Positions 57,178-64,000 of a stretch of DNA of 64,000 nucleotides are shown here, piece by piece. The stretch spans positions 256,001-320,000 of the forward strand of contig JAWLHY010000010.1 of assembly GCA_041690135.1 (NCBI GenBank), written 5' to 3'. Each line of letters begins with the position of its first letter. Within the stretch, counting starts at the first letter, position 1. Below the pieces are notes generated by a model. The model was not told where the DNA came from and did no database searches. It saw only the letters and a program-made list of their open reading frames with translations. This stretch comes from Armatimonadota bacterium (GTDB lineage Bacteria; Armatimonadota; SYMT01). The translations under genes and the position numbers were made by a program.

Positions 57178-57267
57178 CAACATTTGCCCCTCAAGCCGGC
57201 AGGCGGCTTCGCGAAGAAATGCCCGTTCCACGGCCTGAACGCCCAGTGCCTGAACACCCAACGCCCG

Positions 57268-58404
57268 CTACGGAAACATCATCAGGTCCGTCGGCGGACC
57301 GCTGGAGGGGATGGGGCGTGGGGCCAGGCGCTCGCCGGTAGAGGCCTGGAACACCAGCACTCCCTGGCTATCAAAGGTGCCGTCCGGTACGAAGAGCGTG
57401 TCCGTGCGCGGGTCGTGCTCCAGTGCCGGTACGGCATAGCCCACGGAAACGTGCAACTCCGGGTCCGGGTCCACGCCCCAGGTAAGCGAGAACGGCTTGA
57501 GGTGGGAGGAAAGGTCCAGGTCCGTGGAATAGACCAGGTACCCCTGGTCGCGGCTGATCAACACGAACGGTCCCAGGTCCGCGCCGACCATTCCGTCCTC
57601 CTCGCGAATCGCCAGCCCGAGGGAACGCAGGTTGGCCAGGTCGATCTCTTCCAGGCCCCCCTTATCGTGGAAGCCGCCGGTGGCGCTCACCAACAGCCGC
57701 CCCGACTTGGGAATGACCTGCATCCGATGCTTGGGAGAGGTGCCCGTCAGCCGGATCCCCTGCACCCCACCCAGCGTCGCGTCTGCATCGACCAGTTGCT
57801 CCGTCCGCAGGTCCACGACTGCCAGGTACGCGGGAGACTCATAACCGGTAGGGGAGGTAGCGTTGAGCCTGCGGATCTGGATGAAGAGGCGGTCACCATG
57901 GAGGGCCATCGTGCCCAGGTCGGGAACGCCGTCCGAATCGGCAAACGAGCTCAGGTCCACCACTTCCTTCAGACGCCCGTTCCGGAGGTCCAGGCGCAAG
58001 AGGCGGGTGGCATTCGGGCGAGAGATGTAAGCGTAGCGCTTCTTGTAGACCGCCAGGTCGTCCGGTGGATTGGCCCGGCCAAGAGTGTATACTCGCCGCC
58101 CACCCTGGGGATTAACGCGGGTAACGGTCCCGTGGCTCCGACCCAGCACGAAAAGTTTCCCATCCGCCGATCGGAAGCCCGTATCCGCTCCCACTACTTG
58201 CGGCCGGCCGACGAAGTTCCAGAACGGCTGCGGCACCAGGCTGTTGAAGAGACCGACCTGCCGGTCCACATCGTTCCAGGCCACCGCCAGGCGGGGAGCC
58301 TTCGGACCGGGCCGTGCCGCTTCTACCGGGCCGCGTGCGCCCCACCCCACGAATGCAGCCGCAGCCAGGCTGCCCACCACCAACCCACGATACGAACGCC
58401 TCAC
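57268..58404 (-). CDS. Secreted beta-propeller-like protein
   Basis: Signal peptide; YncE-like repeats. Confidence 0.75.
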   Translation of the reverse strand: MRRSYRGLVVGSLAAAAFVGWGARGPVEAARPGPKAPRLAVAWNDVDRQVGLFNSLVPQPFWNFVGRPQVVGADTGFRSADGKLFVLGRSHGTVTRVNPQGGRRVYTLGRANPPDDLAVYKKRYAYISRPNATRLLRLDLRNGRLKEVVDLSSFADSDGVPDLGTMALHGDRLFIQIRRLNATSPTGYESPAYLAVVDLRTEQLVDADATLGGVQGIRLTGTSPKHRMQVIPKSGRLLVSATGGFHDKGGLEEIDLANLRSLGLAIREEDGMVGADLGPFVLISRDQGYLVYSTDLDLSSHLKPFSLTWGVDPDPELHVSVGYAVPALEHDPRTDTLFVPDGTFDSQGVLVFQASTGERLAPRPIPSSGPPTDLMMFP

Positions 58405-58546
58405 CCTTATTCCCCCGTCTGCCGGCGCCGCGCTCCCAAATCTCGGGCCACCCGGGTGCCACTACCCCGAGCGAGGTGCTGCCCATCCCCTGCTAGTTCG
58501 CCGAAGGGGGGACTGGTTTCCTTGCGGGCCCCGCTGAAGGCCAACT

Positions 58547-60010
58547 TCAGACGAGCACATCCCGCACTACGTGGGCCTTCTCCACCCCGGAAAGGCGGAA
58601 GTCAAGCCCCTGGTACCGGTAGGTGAACCGCTCGTGGTCGATCCCCAGCAGGTGGAGGATCGTTGCGTGCAGGTCGCGGACGTGGACCGGGTTCTCGGCC
58701 GCGAAGTATCCGAACTCGTCGGTGTTGCCGTAGGTGACCCCGCCCTTTACCCCACCGCCCGCCATCCACATGGAGAAGCCGCGGATGTGGTGGTCGCGCC
58801 CGGGGAATTTCCCCTTACCCTGGAACATCGGGGTCCGCCCGAACTCGCCGCCCCAGATCACCAGGGTATCGTCCAGCATCCCCCGCTGCTTCAGGTCCAT
58901 CACCAGGGCGGCGCTGGGCTGGTCGCAAAGGCCGCAGCAGGTCTTCATGTAGGGGACCAGGTCGCCGTGATGGTCCCATCCGCGGTGGTAAAGCTGGATG
59001 AAGCGCACCCCCCGCTCCGCCAGGCGGCGCGCCAGCAGGCAGTTGGAGGCAAAGGAGCCATCGCCCGGCCTAGCCCCGTACATATCCAGCACCGACTGCG
59101 GCTCGTCCCGCAGGTCCATCAGTTCCGGAACGCTCGTCTGCATGCGGAATGCCAGCTCATACTGGGCGACCCGCGTCTCCAGGTCGGGGCTCGCCACCGT
59201 CTCGTTCCGCAGCACGTTCAATTCCCGCAGGGTATCGATCAGGCGCGCCTGCTGCTTCATGCTCACCCCGGCGGGGTTGCGCACGTAGTGGACGGGATCC
59301 CCGGAGGAATAGAACTGCACTCCCTGGTGTCGACCCGGAAGGAAACCGGGGCCCCACTGGCGCGAGGCGATCGGCTGCGGGTTGCGGCCACCCTCGCTGG
59401 TCATCACCACGAAGCCCGGCAGGTTCCGGCTCTCGCTGCCCAGGCCGTAGGTGATCCACGACCCCATGCTCGGGCGGCCGGAGATCGAGGTGCCGGTGTT
59501 CATCACGGTATGCGCCGGGTCGTGGTTGATCTGGTCCGTGTGCATCGACCGGATGATGCAAATTTCGTCCGCAATCCGGGCCGTGTGCGGCAGGATTTCG
59601 GAAATCTCCTGGCCGGACTTGCCGTGGCGGCCGAACTGGAACTGCGGCCCCAGGCACTTCAACTCCTTACCCTGAAGCTGGGCGATCGGCTGACCCTGGG
59701 TGACGGAGGGCGGCATGGGCTCTCCATCCAGGCGCGCCAACGTCGGCTTGTAATCGAAGGTCTCCAGGTGCGAGGGCCCACCGGACATATAGAGGAAGAT
59801 CACCCGCTTTGCCTTCGGCGCGAAGTGCGGCAGGCCGGGCAGCCCGCCCATCCGCACGCTGCCACCCGAGCTGGAGGCCGCCTGTGCCGCTTCCGGTCCG
59901 AGCAGGCAGGAAAGAGCCATCGAGCCCAGACCCAGCCCGGCCCCACTCAGGAATGCCCGGCGGTTCATCAACTGCATCCACTCCTCACCTGGCCTCATGA
60001 TTTCCCCCAA
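58547..60010 (-). CDS. DUF1501 family protein, Tat signal
   Basis: NRRAFL, PHFAPKAKRVIFLYMSGGPSH, CLLARRLAERGVRF, EFGRTP, GRDHH. Confidence 0.93.
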   Translation of the reverse strand: MGEIMRPGEEWMQLMNRRAFLSGAGLGLGSMALSCLLGPEAAQAASSSGGSVRMGGLPGLPHFAPKAKRVIFLYMSGGPSHLETFDYKPTLARLDGEPMPPSVTQGQPIAQLQGKELKCLGPQFQFGRHGKSGQEISEILPHTARIADEICIIRSMHTDQINHDPAHTVMNTGTSISGRPSMGSWITYGLGSESRNLPGFVVMTSEGGRNPQPIASRQWGPGFLPGRHQGVQFYSSGDPVHYVRNPAGVSMKQQARLIDTLRELNVLRNETVASPDLETRVAQYELAFRMQTSVPELMDLRDEPQSVLDMYGARPGDGSFASNCLLARRLAERGVRFIQLYHRGWDHHGDLVPYMKTCCGLCDQPSAALVMDLKQRGMLDDTLVIWGGEFGRTPMFQGKGKFPGRDHHIRGFSMWMAGGGVKGGVTYGNTDEFGYFAAENPVHVRDLHATILHLLGIDHERFTYRYQGLDFRLSGVEKAHVVRDVLV

Positions 60011-60104
60011 CCTTCATCCCATCGCACACCCAAGCACAAGAAGCTGCCTACCCCAAAACGACCTGGCCCCACAACTGCCATTTCGTTTAGGTCATCCCCA
60101 GGTA

Positions 60105-60152
60105 GCCTGACCGCCCGGAAGCCTGTCCGCCCGAAGGCCAGACCGCCTGAAT
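60105..60152. repeat. Degenerate 8-nt tandem repeat, 6 units
   Basis: gcctgacc gcccggaa gcctgtcc gcccgaag gccagacc gcctgaat. Confidence 0.8.
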
Positions 60153-62762
60153 TCAGTTCCGAGTGATCGCCTCACTCAAGTTCAACAGGGCTCGGCCGAC
60201 GCTGGTCCACGCTGCCAACTCCGCCCGATCCACGCCCGGCGGTTGCGGCGCCATGCCGGTCTTCAGCAATGCTTCCGCGGCCGCGGCATCGGCGCGGTAA
60301 TCCTGCAGGTTCTCCCGGTAGAGGCGCAGCAGGGTCTCCGTTTCACGGTCCAATGGCTGTCGCGAGAGAACCATCCGCCACGCCCAACGTGCGCGCTCTT
60401 GTTCCGTAGGCCCGCCTTCCTTCATGATACGGGTCGCGAATACGCGGGCGGCTTCCACGAACGTAGGGTCGTTGAGCAGAGTAAGCGCGGAAAGTGGCGT
60501 ATTGGTGATCGGGCGCTGGGCCGTACACTCCTCGCGCGAAGGGGCGTCGAACGCCCGCAGCATCGGGTGCAGGAACTGTCGCTGCCAGTGGACGTAAACC
60601 CCACGCCGGTACTGGTTGTCGTCCGTATCGTGCTTGTAGGTCCGCCGCGGGAAGTTGAGCAGCGCATAATATCCGTCCGGCTGGTATGGGCGGGCGCTGG
60701 GTCCGCCCAGCCGCTCCACCAGCAAGCCGCTGATCCCGAGCGCGCTGTCGCGGATCATCTCCGCGGGCACCCGGGACCGCCCCTGCCGGGCGAACAACCG
60801 GTTCTCCGGATCCCGCGCCACGAGGGCAGGTTCCCCTACCGACGATTGCCGGTACGCCGCAGAAGTCACGATGAGGCGGACGAGGGACTTGGTGCTCCAA
60901 CCCAGGCCTTGGGTGGGGCCGGGGGCTGGGGGCCGGGGGCTGGGGACTGATCCGTATTGCGTATTGCGTAATGCGTAACTCAAGCCCCGGTAATCAAAGC
61001 CTTCTACCGTCCGCAGGGTTCGGATCTCCCTTGCACCCTGCCCCCGGCTCCCCTGCGTCGTGGCGACCGCCGACGGTGCCGCGAACCGCGAGGCTATGTA
61101 ATCGAGAAGCTCCGGATGGGTCGGCCATTCCCCCTGGTTGCCGGTGTCGTCGAGCGACCGGCAGAGGCCGGCACCGAAGAGAAGATACCAGATGCGGTTC
61201 ACGAACACGCGAGAGGTCTGCGGGTGGTCCGGCGAAGTCAACCACCGCGCCAGGTCGAGGCGAGTGGCTCGCCGACCCTTAACGGCAATCGGCGTCAGGA
61301 AGTGGGGCACGGCGGGCTGCACGATCTCGCCGGTCTCGTCCATCCAATCGCCCCGTTTCAACACCCGGATGGTCCGGGGCGGCACGGAAACCGTGATCAT
61401 GGTGCGGCGCTTTCGTGCCGCCAGCTCTGCGGCCCGCTTTTCCAGCTTCACGATCTCCTGCCGGGCATCCGCCAACTGTCCTTGCGCGGAGGATCCGGCG
61501 GGCACCACCGCGACGGGGCCTTTCAGCTCCTCGATTCGCTTCCGGATCCGCTCCAACTCCACCTGGTCGAACGGCGAGAGGACTTCCAGTTCCGGCGCGC
61601 GCACGGTCGGCGTGATGTCCGCCCCGGGGTACGCGCCCCGCTCCTGGATGTCCGCGAAGAAAGAGACGAGGCTGTAGAAATCCTTCTGGCTGTAGGGATC
61701 GTACTTATGGTCGTGGCACTCGGCGCAGCCCATGGTGGCGCCCATCCATACGCTGGAAACGTTCCGGACCCGGTCCGCGGCATACTTGGCCAGGTACTCC
61801 TTGTCCTGCGCGCCGCCTTCGTGGGTGGTCTGGAGCAGGCGGTTGTAACCGGATGCGATCTTCTGGTTTACCGTAGGATTGGGCAGGAGATCGCCGGCAA
61901 GCTGTTCGACGGTGAACCGGTCGAACGGCATGTCATCGTTGAAGGCCTGGATCACATAGTCGCGGTAAGGTGAGATGGGGTGTTCCTGGTCCCCGTGGTA
62001 GCCCACGGTGTCGGCGTACCGCACCAGGTCGAGCCAGTACATGGCCATCCGCTCCCCGTACCGGGGTGACGCCAGCAAGCGGTCCACTTGGCGCTCGTAG
62101 GCGTCCGGACGCCCGTCGGCCAGAAAGGTGTCCACTTCCGACGGCGTGGGCGGCATTCCTGTCAGGTCGAACGAGAGGCGCCGGATGAGGGTGACGCGAT
62201 CCGCTTCCGGTGCCGGCTTCAATCCGGCACCTTCGATCTTCGCCAGCACGAAGCGGTCGATCGGGTTGCGTACCCACCCTGCCTGTTTCACCGTGGGGAC
62301 TTGCGGCACGCGAGGCGGAATATACGACCAGTGCTTTTGATAGGAGCCGCCCTGCTCGATCCACCGCTTCAAAAGGGTGATCTCGCTGGAGGTCAGGGCC
62401 TTCTGGGTGTGCGCCGGGGGCATCCGCAGCGCCTCCTTCGGGTGTACCGCCCGCTGAATGAGCGTGCTCTGATCCGGTTTCCCCGGCACCAGCGCTCGGC
62501 GTCCACTGCGGCCGGCCTTCGCCCCCTCCTCCGTGTCCAGGCGGAGGCCTGCCTGACGGTGGTTGGCATCCGGTCCATGGCAGGAGAAGCACTTATCCGA
62601 CAGGATTGGGCGGATATCCCGGTTGAACTCGACGCGTGAAACCGTCGCGCTCCTGGCCGGAGCCAGCCCCAATCCGGCGGCGCCGGTCGCCAGGCCCGCG
62701 ACGGCGGTTATCAAAAGGGCCGGCCTCGGCCGCGGGGAAAAGAGTTTCCGGGAGTCACGCAT
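60153..62762 (-). CDS. Planctomycete cytochrome c + DUF1549 + DUF1553 protein with a 60-aa insertion
   Basis: FNRDIRPILSDKCFSCHGPD, HWSY, WLDLVRYADT, CAECHDHK, HPELLDY, YRQSS. Confidence 0.93.
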   Translation of the reverse strand: MRDSRKLFSPRPRPALLITAVAGLATGAAGLGLAPARSATVSRVEFNRDIRPILSDKCFSCHGPDANHRQAGLRLDTEEGAKAGRSGRRALVPGKPDQSTLIQRAVHPKEALRMPPAHTQKALTSSEITLLKRWIEQGGSYQKHWSYIPPRVPQVPTVKQAGWVRNPIDRFVLAKIEGAGLKPAPEADRVTLIRRLSFDLTGMPPTPSEVDTFLADGRPDAYERQVDRLLASPRYGERMAMYWLDLVRYADTVGYHGDQEHPISPYRDYVIQAFNDDMPFDRFTVEQLAGDLLPNPTVNQKIASGYNRLLQTTHEGGAQDKEYLAKYAADRVRNVSSVWMGATMGCAECHDHKYDPYSQKDFYSLVSFFADIQERGAYPGADITPTVRAPELEVLSPFDQVELERIRKRIEELKGPVAVVPAGSSAQGQLADARQEIVKLEKRAAELAARKRRTMITVSVPPRTIRVLKRGDWMDETGEIVQPAVPHFLTPIAVKGRRATRLDLARWLTSPDHPQTSRVFVNRIWYLLFGAGLCRSLDDTGNQGEWPTHPELLDYIASRFAAPSAVATTQGSRGQGAREIRTLRTVEGFDYRGLSYALRNTQYGSVPSPRPPAPGPTQGLGWSTKSLVRLIVTSAAYRQSSVGEPALVARDPENRLFARQGRSRVPAEMIRDSALGISGLLVERLGGPSARPYQPDGYYALLNFPRRTYKHDTDDNQYRRGVYVHWQRQFLHPMLRAFDAPSREECTAQRPITNTPLSALTLLNDPTFVEAARVFATRIMKEGGPTEQERARWAWRMVLSRQPLDRETETLLRLYRENLQDYRADAAAAEALLKTGMAPQPPGVDRAELAAWTSVGRALLNLSEAITRN
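60903..61082. repeat. In-frame palindromic heptamer-repeat insertion
   Basis: GGGGGC(C/T)-type x5 (60914-48), CGTANNN x4 (60953-80), complementary arm about 61021-61056. Confidence 0.75.
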
Positions 62763-63134
62763 GGAACAAGTACCTCGACCGGATGAGACACCAGGATCCG
62801 GAGTTCGTTGCAACCACGGGAACCACATCGATGGGGGCGCATTGACGCCCAGTCTCCTTTTCGGGATGGTAATATCCAGCGCCTTCTTGTATCGCGTAGA
62901 GATCTCCGTCGCGGACCTCTTGTCTCCGTAACCGCATCGACACTCCTAGCGGCCGTTCGGCCTCTCTTGTGTGGATTACTTCACACCGCCCGCACGAAAT
63001 AGTCCACTCCTCAACGCGTGTAGCCTGGCTATCCTTTTGAGGTCCGGGGACGACCCGGAAGCCCGAATGAGAAAGCTAACGCACGGCCAGGGACCCACGC
63101 AATTCCCCAGGCCGGAACTCCCAAGGAGATGGAA

Positions 63135-64000
63135 ATGGCAGTTCAAACCTTCGATCCCGTACGCTCGGAAGCTTTCGGCGAAAAGCTCGCCGGCTCATTG
63201 AACCAGACCGCCGTGGCTCTAATGACCTCCATCGGTCATCGTACGGGGCTGTTCGATACGATGTCACGGCTCCCCGCCTCTACCTGTGCCGAAGTCGCCG
63301 AGGCCGCCGGTCTCAGTGAGCGATACGTTCGGGAGTGGCTCGGCGCTATGGTGACTGGCGGAGTGGTGGAACACGACCCGGAAACGGCTCGTTTTTCCCT
63401 GCCCGCGGAGCATGCCGCCTGGCTGACCCGCGCGGCCAGCCCGAACAATTTCGCGGCCGCTGCCCAGTGGGTGGCCGTGCTTGGTACAGCCGAGGACGCG
63501 GTGGTCGAGGCCTTCCGCCACGGCAAGGGAGTCCCCTACTCGGCTTATCCGCGGTTCCACGAGGTGATGGCGGAAGAGAGCGAGCAGACGGTAGTAGCGG
63601 CGCTGATGGAGCATATTTTGCCACTGGCGCCGGGGCTGACCGAGCGGCTGCGGCAGGGCATCCGCGTGTTGGACGTCGGCTGCGGTCGGGGTCGCGCGCT
63701 CCAGCGGATGGCCACCGAGTTCCCGCGCAGCCGGTTCGTGGGGTACGACTTCTCGCAGGAAGCCATCGAGGGCGCCCGGCGCGAAACCGCCGAGCGCGGC
63801 CTGGAAAATGTCCGGTTCGCAGTGCAGGATGCCGCCGAAATCGATGACCCGCAGGCGTTCGACCTCATCACTGGGTTCGACGTGATCCACGACCAGGCAC
63901 GACCGGCCCAGGTGCTGAAGAACATTGCCCGCGCGCTACGGCCCGGAGGCCTGTTCCTGATGCAGGACATCAGCGGTTCCAGCCACCTCCATGCCGACTG
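63135..64000 (+). CDS. SAM-dependent methyltransferase with N-terminal wHTH (Rv2258c-like), truncated
   Basis: Not in track. MAVQTFD..SIGHRTGLFD, ERYVREWL, GKGVPY, LDVGCGRG, FDVIHD. Confidence 0.92.
   Translation, partial: MAVQTFDPVRSEAFGEKLAGSLNQTAVALMTSIGHRTGLFDTMSRLPASTCAEVAEAAGLSERYVREWLGAMVTGGVVEHDPETARFSLPAEHAAWLTRAASPNNFAAAAQWVAVLGTAEDAVVEAFRHGKGVPYSAYPRFHEVMAEESEQTVVAALMEHILPLAPGLTERLRQGIRVLDVGCGRGRALQRMATEFPRSRFVGYDFSQEAIEGARRETAERGLENVRFAVQDAAEIDDPQAFDLITGFDVIHDQARPAQVLKNIARALRPGGLFLMQDISGSSHLHAD

Noticed and set aside
8502-60166. Long antisense ORFs (e.g. 8502-9968, 10531-12105, 15631-17496, 24857-26317, 58571-60166)
   Set aside because: Shadow ORFs of real genes, expected at high GC, with no recognisable motifs.

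Overview
GC-rich bacterial chromosome window from a diderm. It has lpxC-fabZ-lpxA together with plsY and many Planctomycete-style families (DUF1501 x2, DUF1549/1553, DHOR, ThuA), which I tentatively read as Armatimonadota-like (inference). The left third is envelope/housekeeping: lipid A genes, sulfotransferase, HpnK/ChbG deacetylase, galE, an M20 hydrolase-aldolase-PfkB operon, a PlsY fused to an acyl-ACP-reductase-like domain, and rlmN. The middle (about 29-48 kb) is an accessory patchwork of small immunity-like/hypothetical genes around an intact comM, with a degenerate second comM fragment. The right part encodes PlsC, GDPD, a globin, an erythromycin-esterase-family protein, hydrolases and a DUF1553-DUF1501 pair. 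I found no rRNA, tRNA, CRISPR array, transposase or integrase. The strongest unexplained signal is at 26670-26835: a compact transcription unit with a consensus-like sigma70 promoter, an extended perfect SD, an 11-codon micro-ORF, a potential kissing-loop/switch RNA and a UUCG hairpin. Other signals are a 60-codon palindromic heptamer-repeat insertion inside the DUF1553 gene, dispersed 6/7/8/9-nt periodic intergenic repeats, two MITE-like elements with target-site duplications, tandem CsoR-type operators, and an unannotated 32-aa basic protein. All family calls come from motif recognition by eye, not from database searches.
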